DNA from: Bipalium vagum
Lineage: Eukaryota
Assembly (NCBI GenBank): GCA_037834085.1
Contig: JBBMKC010000007.1
Span: forward strand, 1-52,117
Length of the DNA: 52,117 bases
Reading direction: 5' to 3'
Positions 31,001 through 46,000 of this stretch are shown one piece after another. The notes below the pieces were generated by a model. That model worked only from the letters and a program-made list of their open reading frames with translations, had not been told where the DNA came from and ran no database searches. The number at the start of each line of letters is the position of its first letter. The first letter of the stretch is position 1. The translations under genes were made by a program, and so were the position numbers.

Positions 31001-34000
31001 AATCACGAGTAAACAAATTAAAACATTTGGCAAAATTATCTTAAATAATTATTGTTCTTATTAGTAATTAACTTTTTTTGTCTTCAGAACTCACTGACCT
31101 AATTTTCCCTGAGTCATCTTATCTCACCACAACAACACGATCTCTTTAAATTCTTTATTTAACTGCTGTGTTTCTTAACCGTTATGCAATCATTTCTCCA
31201 TTTCACGGTTAGCAAGTCGAATATTTCAGACGCTATATGATCACGAAAATATTAATTATCTCAGTTTATTTCTTAAACAAAATACAGATTAAAATATTTA
31301 ACTTAAGCAATCAATTATTTTATTTCAATTTTGTAGTCATCATTTCATAATCTCAATTGTTAAGACTTTCTGTATAACATGCATATACAGAAACCAAGAG
31401 ATTTCGTAAAATTAAAAAGTAAATTATAATAATAAAACTTAATCAATTACCGAACAACAGCAAACAAACACAATTAAAAATCCTAGAGCTGTTCCGGAAA
31501 CACCAATAATCCAACCCAACCGTACGAAAAATAACACTCCAAAAATGTTTTGCAAACACGGAAAGTACACACCAAGTAAAATACCCAACTTGTTGGACTG
31601 AAAAACATTAATTGTGATTATAAATGATATTCAGAACAAAATATTCCGTACGGATTTTTCCTTTAATTTTTTTGTTTCACCCGAGGTGGGTTCGATACCA
31701 CCAGTGTATTGAGCCAATTTATTGAAGATGTTAGCCATGGGTGGTCGGGTATGAAATTCTTCCTGAAAATAAAATGTAGCAATATTAACTTAATCCATAG
31801 ATCAATAATAAACACTAAAAAATAATTATCTTATAAAAGAAATTTATGATCATGTTCGATTTTCTGACAAGACTCAAAAGAATTTAGAATAATGACATAC
31901 TAACAAATTCAATAATATTCTGAAAATTTACAATGGGTAAATCGAATAAGAATCAAATAATAATTGACGTTTTTACTCAAATTATATGTGAAACGAAATG
32001 TGAAAAAATAATAGTGCAACATTTTTCTTTTATTATAATTTTTGTAAAATTATCCTTTTAAAATGTCAGGAAAATATATTTTTACATCTCTTCGTTTTCT
32101 AATTTTAAATATTGATCAAATTTCTATTTAATTTTAAAAAAAACAGACTCGAAAAAATTTTAAAATACAGAAATCATAATCAATATTTGATCACCGTAAT
32201 TCTATTTTGTCAAGTGAGAGTTTACTTGTGTAAAAATTATTATTATTATTATTATTTGAAATATATATCTTTATCTTCGCCTATAATCATTAATACACTA
32301 TTTTAAAAATATTTTCATAATTACCTGCAATACTTAGTCCTTATATAATTATCTATAAAAGAATTATTAATTAGTTTTAGGTATCTCCAAAGTTTCTAAA
32401 ATTGAATTCATTTCCATTTTTTATTTTATGTTGCAAAAAACATTACTTAATATAGTACTCCCAAATACATGTATACATTCCATTTTAAAAAATAAAGATA
32501 AGAATAAATTTAAAAAGTTAACTTTCCTTTTACTTTTGCATTTCTTTTTGGACAACTTCAATATTTGAATGAAATTAGGAAACATTCAAAAAACATTTAT
32601 CTCAACAATTGATTTTAATAACATATGAAACGATTCTGTTAAAGTTCATTCCTCATTTCCAGTTGTTCATGTTATATAGAATCTAACAATACGATTAAAA
32701 TGCTACATTGAGCGAATCTGTTCCTGTCTTCTACAAACACTGAACAGAAAGTCACTAAATATATCCGCGATACTCGGTATATATATATGATAAATGGCTG
32801 TGACAGCAACAATTTCATCAGACCACATCACCATGTCTTGATATTTTTCTGATTTATCTACATGTGTCGACTTTTAACATGTATCTTTCCTGTTCTGTGC
32901 ACAAGAAAAGTTCTTGATTATTTCTAGGTAATAATGTACAAATGTTACTGCAACTCGAACGGTTAACAACTATTTATTGTACATTCAAGCAAACAGAATC
33001 AATGTCACAGGAATTGATATTCTTCATCATACAATTCTGTTTTTTCATTTTATAAATAATAAATAAATCGATTATATAAAAAATTATACAGATCTATGAA
33101 TTCATTTTTGACAGTGTAAATTTAAATTTTTCTATATCCAAGTAATAAAATTACGAGGAAGACATTTCATGAATTACATGCAATAAAAATAAAATCAAAA
33201 AAAGAATACTGGAAACCAATCAAAACGAAGAAAAAACTTATGATGTATAATAATTTGAAAAAATTAATAAATCGTTGTTAATTAAAATTAATTGGATAAG
33301 AGGCTTTAGGGTTCATAAAACATTTCTAGAAGAACATCTCTTTAATTTAAGTATTTACTAAGTTTGCAACAAAATATTTAAAATATGGTCGTCGATGAAT
33401 ACGAGTAAATAAATTAATGATAACAAAGATTGTATAATAGTTCAGAGTATTTTATTTATACAATATTTTATAATAAACATTATAAGGAGTGGTTCGAGCA
33501 ATTAGTTGGCTTGAATTGCTTTAAATAAAGACCTCACGCCTAAATTAACAATTATTAAATGTTTTTAATTTAAAGTTTTAAAAAATTATTAAGTTACAAT
33601 TTTCTAAATATTTAATAACATATTTTAACTAAATGTTAGGAATTTTTTATAAAGTAATTAATTTAGTTTTTAAAAAATAGGTGAGGTCCATGTTTGAAAA
33701 GTTTGTTTAAGTAATCAGATTTAGTAAAATAACTTATCATTCCCTTGATTTTATTAATATAATATATTATTTTTTAAAATAACTACACAAGATTATAACT
33801 TGGCGACATCAACACTGTCGGATTCGATCGCAGACAGAATACTCCTGATGTACCAAGAAAAGGATAAAAATGTAAGGTGTTTTATAAAAAGATGTCAAAG
33901 ATATTTTGACAATAAGTGACCCCAATAAAGAAGAGAGAAACACCGATTTATGCTCTGTTACATGAAGATCTATGGGAAGCCTACGAGGAAATATCTGGGA

Positions 34001-37000
34001 AGGTTATCAAAAATCTGAATGTTGTTCGAAAAAGATGTCGTGGACGACTTAAAGAGTTGATAACGTATAGAAGAGATAGTGAAGAAACCTAAAGAAAATA
34101 AAATCTACAATTTTTTATGGGTGTCATTATACCTCAACAATTTTGAGAATATGGTGGATGTGAGAGATTTTCAAATCGCAGTTGAAAATTTTTTCTTTCA
34201 ATGGGGATCAGCCAGGCGGTGTTTTATTATGGAAAAGCATTTTCTTCAACACTTACCGCCGTTATTCATTAAATGTGTTTTAATTTATCAAGATAATCAA
34301 CAAGAATAACATTTTGTAAATCCAAAAGAATAACAGTCCTTCTGAGGCAATAGATCTGATATCAATTTTTTCAACTCTCTTAGTTTCATGGGTGTAATAG
34401 TTTAAATAATAAGTCGAATATTGATTTTTTTTGGAAAAGGTTCTTTGAAATGTCTACATTTCATAATCACATTTTTATTATGATGAAGTTTGAATTTTAA
34501 TTTTTCACAGATTTATTTATTGAACTATCTTCGTAAATAATTTAATTGGTATAAAAAAACACAATAAGTAAATGAAATTTAAGTGTTTTAAATCATATTT
34601 TCAATAAACAGATCAGATATTTTCTATCAAGTTAATCAACAATTAAAATTAGTAGTCCATCTTGTCAGATTTCGTTGTTGACATTTTTTGGACAGGAAAA
34701 TAAATATTGAGATTAACAATAACTTCTAATTTGGAAACCACTGGGTATATCATTTTCTGTCACTGCCACAACTCATTTTATTAATATAAACATTACAAGT
34801 TCATTTATACTTTTTCTCATTGCATTCTACTACCAAACATTTTTCAATATTTTACTTCTGCTTCAGTAATTTTAATTACAATATCTTTCAAACTAATCCT
34901 TCAGTAAAATCATCCGTCTCAGTCAATATATGTTTTGGAAGTGTTTTCGACAATAAATTCTTTCTGTCAAGTAGTTGAGATCTTCAAAATCAAAGTTCCT
35001 GATATATATAAAGACAGAAAATACAGGGTGCATCAGAAATTTCAGAACAAAGATTTGTTTTAATGTTTTATTATTTAATCGACTGGCAAAAAATCAATCA
35101 CATCGCGATTTTTAATTAATATTTTTTATTTTAGAAATGGAAAAAAAATCTTTAACCTCACACAACACATGAAAAATATGCCGTTCCCAATATAAAATTC
35201 CAAATTGAAATCGTTTTTATTGAGGAAGATGTTATTTTACTGATATACTTTTTAATAGGGACCAAATTTTAATGTACAATGTGTAATTAAAATAGCAATA
35301 GGAACTTAATCTTCAATTACACTTAATTTGCACATAAAAATCCAAAAGTTTTAAAAGCATTGTAACCTTTGTGTAATAAAATTTAAAAATTAAAACTTAA
35401 ATGGTTATAATTGCCCGGAAATATAAAAAATTTAATTTTTATCCATCTTTACAAAACCAATGTCGTTCAAACATAATTTTACGAAAAGACAGAGCAATAG
35501 CTCATTATGATCGAATTCTCAAGAAGATGGTTGGGAAGATGCGGACCAATGATTTTTGATGCAAGTTATCGAATTTGTTCCTTTTGGATTTTTTTATAAA
35601 GATTTTTTATCCAATAGCTTAATATATTTTTTGATAATTGAACAAAAATTACTCTGAAATGTGTACAAGTGCTTTTTCTTCTTTTCATAAACGTTCAAAT
35701 TTTTGTATTGAATAAATGGCGCAAATTTTGAACATAATTAAATTATAATAAATTAATGTTACACCACTTTTAGAATTTCGAGATTTTCATGAATAGTTTA
35801 TCTATAATTTAAAATTAAAATCCTATTGCTACTTTATTTACTCCCAGTATTTGATGTATTCATTTTTTCTTTGCTTACACTCTTTATTAAGTTTTTAAAA
35901 ATAAATTCTGATCCAAAATTAAATCCACACTTTTGGATCATATTTTAAAGTATATTATTATATCATTATTAACTTCACATGTTTATCCAAATTTGTTTAA
36001 ATCTTTCAATTTAATCATATTTTAATCATTATTTTATTTTATTCATTTTAGAACAAAATGAAATTTTTGGAATTGATAGAAGAATTAAAGGATGAAGACA
36101 TCACAACCCCAGTGTTATGAGATTAAACTGGTTGTGTGAAATGATTGTCAGATTAAATTTGGTATAATGTATAATGAGACTATAAATAGTTAAAGATACT
36201 AGTAATAGTCAGATAATAGAGAAAATGGATCCATCATTTTTAGATAAATTAGCAGTTTTCAATAATCTAGAAATTTTTGATTGGCTAAGAAAAGATTAAA
36301 TCAATATGAAGAAATCTGTGTTGAATGCAATTTGACAATGCCACTTAAGAGTGTTTAGGTGACATCAGATGGTTATATATGGAGATACGAAAACAATAGC
36401 TGTAGTCTAAGTATAAGAACAGGTTCTTGGATTTCTGGATCAAAGCTCACAGAGGAAGAACGTATCTTGCAACAACTTGGATTTTAACCATTGTTGATAA
36501 TTCTTTTAAACCAGAAAGAGAATACGCCGAAATTATACCCGATAAAAGAAGTACAGTACAACTTCTATTTTGGACCACAAAATTTCAAAAGTGGTTAAAA
36601 AAAATTGGTCCAATATTAGAAGTTAAGACATAAAAAGGCTATAAAATCTTTTTTATATGAACCTATATGGATGTAATAATAGAAAATAAAAAAACAACAA
36701 TAAGTCCAATAAATAATATATTTCAACGTTTTTGAATAAAATTTTTAACTCATTCCTGATTTTGAAAATGTTATAAATCAAAAAATTATTAAAACAAATT
36801 ATTAATTTTTTAAACAAATTATTGAAATTTTTGGATCAAGAATTTTATTTTTTATATGAAAATATCGAGAAATATGATAAGTACAAATTATTGGTCCAAA
36901 TATGGAGTTTGGTCCGATTATAGAAATGGTGCATTTCAGAAATTGGTCCAAAATAAAAGTTGCACTGTATCACAATTTTGCCTATTACAGAAAAGGTTGT

Positions 37001-40000
37001 TTAGTTTGGATCAACAATTACAGATGAAGCCGTTCTTAAAATGTCTTGGGTCAAAAAGATTCTGAAAACAAACATAATATGGTTGTGCATAAGTACAATT
37101 TTGTTTATCCGGACACTGGCGCTCATATGCAAAATGTAGAAAGCTACAATAACAAATTATAAAGAAAAATAAAAGTTCGTCAAGGAATAGATGAAGACAA
37201 AAGAGAAAATTTTATCAATGAATTTAGATTTATTCAAAGAAAATTCATTTAATGAAATATTTAATTTGAATTTGTCAGTGTTATGAAATTAAATTGGTTG
37301 TATAACGGGGTTGTCAGATTTAACTGGTTGTGTTGACCGGGTTTGGGGATGTCAGACTTAATTCGTCCAATTCGTCCAATGATAAATAAATTTTGTTACA
37401 TTTAAAATATTTAATTGTTACCAATAACAAAAAAATGTAAACAAATGTGGATAAACGTGAAGTTAACCGTCTTAATGATTTTCCAGAATAACACATCCTA
37501 CTATAAATCTCTTTGCGAAACTAAAAAGATCAATGAAATGTGTCAGAAAAACTCTTTTTAAAACTCAGAACACTTTAATACTTCATTGAGTCATTTTTTG
37601 TTTAAATTATTTTCTACACTAATTTTTCTTTTTTATTTACTCTAATGTCAATTCATCAATTTTTTTGTTTTTTACTTATTTTAGTAGTGACTTGAATTTG
37701 AAGATAGAACTTTAGCAGTATAATAGTGTAAGAAGAGGTTTGAACAATTAGTTTGTTTGAATTTTTTAAAATAAGAACCACACGCCTAAATTAACAATTA
37801 TTAAATGTCTTTAAAATGTTTTTACAAATTATTAAGTTACGGTTTTTTAAATATTAAAATAAATATTTTAAATAAATGTGGGAATATTTTATAAAATAAA
37901 TAATTTAGTTTTTAAATAATAGGTGAGGTCCATATTTGAAAAGTGTGTTTAAGTAATCAGATTTAATAAAAAATATATTATTATTGCTTTGATCTTGTAT
38001 TATTATTATATGTAGTATTATTATATCATTAATGTTAAAAATGACAGCTAACAAATACTAAATAAAATCACTAAAACAGTCGACCCTGTAAAGTTAATTT
38101 AAAGATTCATATTTAATTAATAAGAAATATTTGAAATAGTAAAAAAAGAATCAGCTGTTTCTAATAAGTATAAATAACATTAATTTATTACAATTTTAAT
38201 CAAAAACACATTTTCAATTTTTTAAAACTAATGTAACTGAGCATACTTGAAAATAAAATGGTAAAGTAACAATTATATTTATTGATTAAAATGTCTTTAG
38301 TTACGGAATGTTTTAAAGGAAATTATAAATATGAAATATTCAATGGAATGGAGAATGAGATTTTTAAAAATACAAAGGTTTCTATTTTAAAAAGTTTATT
38401 AATAGGTCATTGAAAAGGTTCGTGCCTGGGTTTTTTAAAAAATGCCAAAAGTCAAAATTTTAATAAAATGATTTTATTAATCATCAACATAGTCACCATT
38501 TCTCTCTACAATTAGTTTCCAATGATCTACAAGTTTTTCGAACACAGATTTAAAAATTTGCTCTGATTTCCTAGGATAAAGTCACTGAGATAATTTTTAA
38601 CAGTCTCTTTAGAACAAAACTTCTTTCCACTCAAACTGTTGCTTAAATACCGGAATAGATAAAAATCTGTTGGTGTCATCTGGGGATTAAGGAGGGTTCT
38701 ACAACATTTCATATTATAACTACCGTAGTTTTCCTTAGGTTTTAAATGCAATATGGGGTCTGGTATTATCGTAGTGAAAGATTATTACTTTCCTATTTAT
38801 TAAAACTGGATAACTTTGATGAATTGCATTTTCTCTTGACAGTTGATCAAAGTATTTATCTGCTGTAATTCAACATGTTGGAACAGATCATAAAAATGAT
38901 GCCTCTGCAATCCAACAAAGTACACATCATTACCTTCACTTGGTATTGATCAACCTTTGGAACTTGTTCTGAGTTTTCATTGGTTTTCTTCCAGGTTCAT
39001 ATAACATTACATGACGCAAATGTATTTTATCTATATTCATATTTTAAATAATACTGCAAGGTAAATATATATTATTTAATCAAGCATTTAACTTAAAATG
39101 ATACCTGATAATATCACCTAAACAGTGTTATTCATTTTAATACAAAACATTAGTTATAACGTTCTGATTCCGGTTTGTAATTGTTAGCAGCTATTTCAAT
39201 GAAGTCACTTATAGTTTCAAAAATTTTATTAATCCAATAAAAATAAAAAATACTTAAACAATTTTCCGTCAATTAATTAATTTAAATAAAGTGTCTCTTT
39301 TATTAGTTTTTAAAAAAGATATTTTAAAATTAAATTAATATAATAAAATTAAATTAATATTTTAAAATTAACCAATACATTAAAATAATGAATGAATATC
39401 GAGTTTTAAAAAGGACACTTTATAAAAATTTAAAAATTCAAAAATATGTTCAAATACTCACAGTAATAAAGTATTTAAAAATCTGGCACGAACGTTTGTA
39501 ATGACCCAATATTATTTTTATTACTCATTTATAATAATAATAATAATTATTATTATTATTATTTTTATAAATTAATATTTTATTGATATTGGTGTTTCTG
39601 TCATTTTCAAAGTATTTAATATTATGTAAATACAATTTCCAACTACATTATCCACAAGGATCAAAGAAATTCGTTATACAGGCTCCAGAATAATTGAATT
39701 ATCTTTTCTATTCAAACCACTTCTCTTCTCAATGTGATATTTGATGCATTGTTTGACATAGGCATCTCAGATTATCCTAGCTTGTGATACATACAGAATT
39801 CGTATATTTCATGAAATGTTCCATATTGATTTTTACACTACATTTTAAAGGGATTAATAACGCATACCATAAAATTATTTTTTGCGAAGATTATGTAATT
39901 AAGTTAAATAATTTTCTGTTATTTTATTTAAATTCTTAAATTCTTAAATTATTATTATATTAGCACTTTATATTACCATTTTTATTATATTACCATATAT

Positions 40001-43000
40001 TATCATATTATTACAATAAATAGAATTCTTAATAAAAATAAATAATTTTTCATAAAGAAATTGATTTTCTTGAGCAAAGAGAAAGTCACTTGATCATTGA
40101 TTAAATTTACATAATTACCAAAATTAAACGTTAATTGATTTAAATTCGTCTTTTTATTATTATCATCCAATGAAATTCAGGATAAAACAGAAATAACTTA
40201 AAATTATTGATATTATTTTTCGTAATCTATTTTATTTCTATTTTCCAGAAACGATTGATCTCCCCCTAATCAATTTCGAGTCACAAATATTTCGCTCAAT
40301 TTATAACAGTTAAATTATTCTGTATTTATTCTGAAATTCAATTTAAGGAATTTTTCGATATTCCAATTTCAGTTTTCCCGTTTAAGCACACGTTACTCGT
40401 TAAACAATTTTCAGATATTATCATTATTTTATTAAGTCCAATTGATATTGAAATATCAAAATATTTTGTGTAGCGTCATATTTCAGACTTAATAATCATT
40501 TTCTCCTCGTTCCTTAATTCTCCACAATCAACAAAAATGTTTAAAAAATTTATTTTCAGTTTTTTTGAGAAATCATACAAATGTCCGTTAAGAATTATAT
40601 AAATAAGAAAATGGAGCTTTTGCGAGATGAAAAAAATTAATTATTTGCAAATATTGGAAGATCATATCAGACTCAGATGTCTTGAAACAACCATTGTAAT
40701 TATAGAATTGAATCTGAATTCTGAGACAAAATTATAGTTATTTGTGCAAATTTTCTATTTCAGATTATTATTATTATTATTATTATTTTGTTTATTCTCA
40801 AAAAATGAACTCGTCGATCAATCTAATGATCTGCGTTGATTTATGACCACTTTCAAATATTTCCTCAGAAATTATGGAAATCATTCCCAAATAATAATTA
40901 ATATCGTTTTGAGAGTGACTGCAAAGTATTCATTCAGCTTAACTATCACTATCTGATTAAACTTGTACAATTCGACATTCTTGAAGTTTGGAAAAATTTT
41001 AAACCTTACCGCTTTCTGAGAACGAAATAAAATCTATAGTTAAAAATTTATCTCTATAAATGAGCAACCTGGAAATTTGAGTAATATTTCTCGTCCTACT
41101 GATACCCAATATATAACCAGCCTTCATTGTATTTATGTTTTATATTTATACAAAACATAAAAATACGAGAACTGAAAAATCTAAAGCCTGGAACAGCTAG
41201 TTTTGCTTATTTAACAAACTAATCTACAGAATTATTATTGTTTTTAATATTCAGTAGTTACTATTAGTATAACTTAATATATATTATTTTTTAAAGTTAA
41301 AAAAATTATTATTTAACAAAAATTGAAAAATAATATTTTTTAAAAAGACTTTAAATAAAAATTATTTAAAATAATTTATTTAGCAAAAAAATAAGGAAAA
41401 TAATTTTTTTGAGATTTCCATCAACAAAACTGTAATTTTATCAGTATTTAGAGGGCTTTCCGAAATAGTCAATCTTCTTTTTCAAAATATTTAATTATTT
41501 TTTCAAAATACGTAATCCTTTACAAGAAATTCACAAGTAAATATCGTTCTAAGATTTGAATATGCTAGAAAAATTCTGGATATTGATGTACAAAGATTAA
41601 ATTTTTTAGACGAAATGAGGGTATTTTTTGGGTAGAAATTTTAATTTAAAAAAACAGATACCATATAATTGCTTTAATTTGGTTCTTACTAGTTGGTTAA
41701 ACATTTTGAATAAAATGATTAAATACTTTGATAAAGAGGATTGAATATTTCGGAAAATCCTGTATATTTATATTGATTAATTTGTTTACAATTTAGTGTA
41801 TCGAATTTAAACCTGACTCCAACTCTTAGGTGGTGTAAATAATAACAATCAGTAAAGCAATAACTTGTATTTATACCACAAAATCACAAAATAGAGAATC
41901 AAAATATGGGATCACAATTCTAATGTCTGAAATATCTCACAACTACGTTACAAAAATAATGTCAAATTCAAATAAAATTAAAATATAATGTTCCAATTAA
42001 AAAAGTATTACTAAGTTAATTAATATTAATAATTATTTTAACAAAAAAAAGAAAAAGATAATGGAAAAATCTTACGGTTTATCTTCCGCTAAAACTCCCG
42101 AGTTATCGTCTGAATCCTAACGGTTGCTCACGGACAACACGCTGATGGGAAATTTTAACCATAGTCCTAACACTGAAATAAGCATAGAAATACTTGGTTT
42201 AAAAATATCCTTTTGTGTCGGACAATGGTTCTGCCTTCGTCAATTGGGACTGTGATCTCTTTCGGAACACTCGTCTTCTATAGCAGTAGCAATCCTCTTC
42301 GAAATCCTTTTTTATCAATCTTCTTTAATAAATCTTTGTAATATCAATCGTATTCAAAATTCTTCGTAATCTTCTTCGTGACTAGGTATGACTATAAGCA
42401 CCATTTCTTTTTTTCAATAGTTAATTAACTTTAATTATTAATATTATTTTATGATTTTTTTTAACATTTAAACCCTTTTCATGATTTTCCTTGGTTTTAT
42501 TTTCCCGGGGGGTGTCTTTGGTAACCCAACAAATTATAATGAGACATTTAATTATGTGAATTAAACTTAATAGTAAATAAGACAGCACAGAACTGACATA
42601 AAGTATGGGAACAATAAAATTAAATGAAAAATCTATATATCGATTGTCTGATTAATAAAAACTGAAAATTGTGAATCATTTTGGAAAAGTTATTTTCTCA
42701 AAATAATAATAATAACGATAATAATAAATAAGTTTTTAAAAAAATTATATTTCGAATTATTTTTTATTAGTAAATGTGAAGAAAAAGAAGCTATCACTTA
42801 TACTTCAATATCATTATAATTATTATTTGAAACTGTTAATACCGATAAAAAAGATTTTAATAAATTAAACAACAACATTAGGCCGTCTATTGGTGGTCGC
42901 AAAACGTAGCTGGTATAAATCTTTTTTCACATTGAATAAATTTTATTTTCGTTCAGGAAATATGAAACACGTCACAGTTGAAAGACCAAATCGGAAAAAT

Positions 43001-46000
43001 TATCAGCATCAAGAATCTCTAATAGCAGATGTTATTCTATGATATTAAACAGTATGAAACAACTATTGAAAGATGGCAAATCGAAATATTCTACCACAGA
43101 GAAGCAGTCATCCTAAACATGGATAAAAATCATGTATTTTACCATAGAAAAAAGCATGGGGAAAAATATTGCGTCGATCATTATTTGCAGAAAAATTACG
43201 ATCACATTTTGAAGGCATAGTTGTGCTTATATTTTCTGAGATATAAATTCAGCTAATGAGCTTTTGATTTTTGATTTTAAAGTTAAATGGTTAATTGATT
43301 ATTGTAGTAAAACAATCATAAGACACTTTTTATTGTAGTCGTTTTTCTTCTTTTTCTTGTAAATGAAGTCTGTTTAAAGTCTAGACAAATTCTTTAATTA
43401 TTATAAAGTAACGACTATAATTATTTTTAAGTTATTTTATTCGCTTAAATGAAGTCAAAATATAAATTAAATAAAAATATAATAATTAATTTACAATTAA
43501 TTATTCCAAGTCAAACGATTTCTATGTTCTCTCTCAATGTACTTTAAAAAAAATTTTTTTAAATTCAGCGGAAAATGTATACAGGAGATTAAAGGTTTGG
43601 ATTCTGAGAAACATTTGTACACGTTAGAATTCAGAAAGATTGTCAAAATGTAAGGTTATATTAAGGTAAAATATATTTTGAAATTCTAGAAAAATATCTA
43701 TTGATTAAAATGTTATCAATATAAATATCAACGAAAAAAATTATTCAGATATCAACGAAATAATTTTCAACCCATAAATATCGAGAACAAAATTGATCCA
43801 TTTTATATCGGTTTTTTACTAAGATCAGTTCAATCAGCAAAGGCCACATTACAAATGGATAAATTATTTACAATTTATTTTTGGTTCGATATCAACTTTC
43901 ATATTTGTAATTAATCTTTTGAAAAATATAAATAATATTTTTATGTCAAAAATAATATTTCACAACACGAAATTAATTGGAAATTCAATGAATTCAGATA
44001 TCTGTGGTCGTGCTTAGTTCAAAAACTAAGACCAAAGATTATTTTTACAATCCCAAATTTCCAATTAAGAACAGGACCTTTTAATAAATTGATTTTTGCT
44101 TTTCCTCTTTTATCAAATACATCGACTTGGAGAATTAATTTATCGAAATTGATGGGTTGGGATTTCTTTAATCGTATATCAATCTCAGTTTGTCTTAAAG
44201 CTTTTTCATAGAAAAATTCATAGCGACCACACCACTGATTTATATTTCACAAAATGTTTTTATATAATACAAGAAATACATAAAATTTCTCTTGTTCTCT
44301 GAAAATAATTGCGTAAAAGAATTGGTCATTTTATTAGAGTTATCTGTAAAATAGTTAATATTTTTCTTATGGAAATGTTCAAGAGGAGCTCCAATTCTAG
44401 GAAACGTTTTCAAAGAACAAAAATTGAGTATCATCAAAATTTCCTTTAGGGAAATATTTAAAACAAAATATTAAATGTGCAATGAAAATTTGGAATTAAT
44501 TAAAAATAGAAATAATAACAAAATAAATTAATACGGTTTCATCAAAATATCTTTCGTTTGAGATGGTAATGAAATAGATTTAAGACCGGCAACAAAATTA
44601 TAATTCATGATGATCTTCGCTACATATCTGACTGGACACAGACGGAATTAATTTACGGAACAAACAATGAATACCACCATTTCAATTTTGACAATTTGAC
44701 TTCAGATTTCAGAACGGCAACAATCAATCCTAAAATAGTCCCATTCACAATATAAGGAGCACGAAAGAAAGGGCGAGAGAGAAAGAGAGAATATACCTGT
44801 CCGGTTGTCACTAGTGCAATAATACGTAACTTAAGTGGTCATCCAACTAAAAAAGTCTAAGCTCTGGGGGTTTTGTTTACCGAATAGAAAAATAAGATTT
44901 TTTTTTATCAATGATTAGATTTCTATCACTCATTCAATAGCGTAAAGAAATGGAGCAGTAAAAAGTCTATCGAAACTGTTGTGGGTGAGGAGATCTCTGT
45001 TATAGTAAAAATAGTCGGTCGGTATAAAGAAAATAAACAACTTGACAGAAAATTTGTTAATGATTAATAATAAATCTTGTACTACAATGAAATGAAGCAG
45101 AGAGACGGGAAAATGGTAAAACAATGAGAAAGAGAGGGCAGTTTAAATGAAAAATTTCAACAAGCCGAAACTCTGCCATAAATGATTGCGAAAAGTCAAA
45201 TTGTGAGATATTTTTTACGAAATCGGAATATTATTGGACAGAAAAGTGTGAAAATAAAATAAATTAAATTAAAATTAAAAATATTTTATTTAACATAATT
45301 TAAAAAGAATTACCTCATAAAGATCGAATTTGCTATCGCCTGCCGTATTGTCCTCTTCATCACTCATTTCTATTTCCTCATCGGTTAGAGGTGTAGCTTC
45401 TTTCGTGATATTTTCACCTGCGTTAGATGGTTTACGAAACATGTTTCAATTTTTATAAAGTTCAAGTATAAGCAACAAAAAATTATTTCTTTAAAGTTCG
45501 TCAAATGATTATCATATGGGTTCCATGTCAACTATGAACAGAGGTAATGATTTTTTTTACTTTTCGCTCGATCATTTTTATTATCAACAGTAATATTTCC
45601 AAATGAAAAAACACCGTCGAGATAATTTACTGTAGACTGACTGTAAAACGAAGCGGTCCTATTATTATTATTATAATTATTACAATGTCATGACAAGGAA
45701 TTTGAGAAATTGCACGCCTCAATTTTTAGTATGAATGAAGAATAATCTATCAATGGTGGATGATGATAATAATAATAATATAAATAATAAATGTCAGAAA
45801 ATCTTATCACAGATTTCGTGAAAAAATAAAATCTTGAATCTGATGCAATGAAAGACGAGAGTTATATTTTATATTGGAAAATTTATTCAAATCCACCAAT
45901 ACTAATAACAGAAAATGATTGGAGAAAAAATTGCAAACTGGAAAATATTTTCTTCCTAAATATTGTTGTATACTTTTCCATTCTTATCTCAATCGCATAA

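Noticed and set aside
32700-33030. OTU-like peptide pattern on the minus strand
   Set aside because: It requires frameshifts and no catalytic motif is visible.
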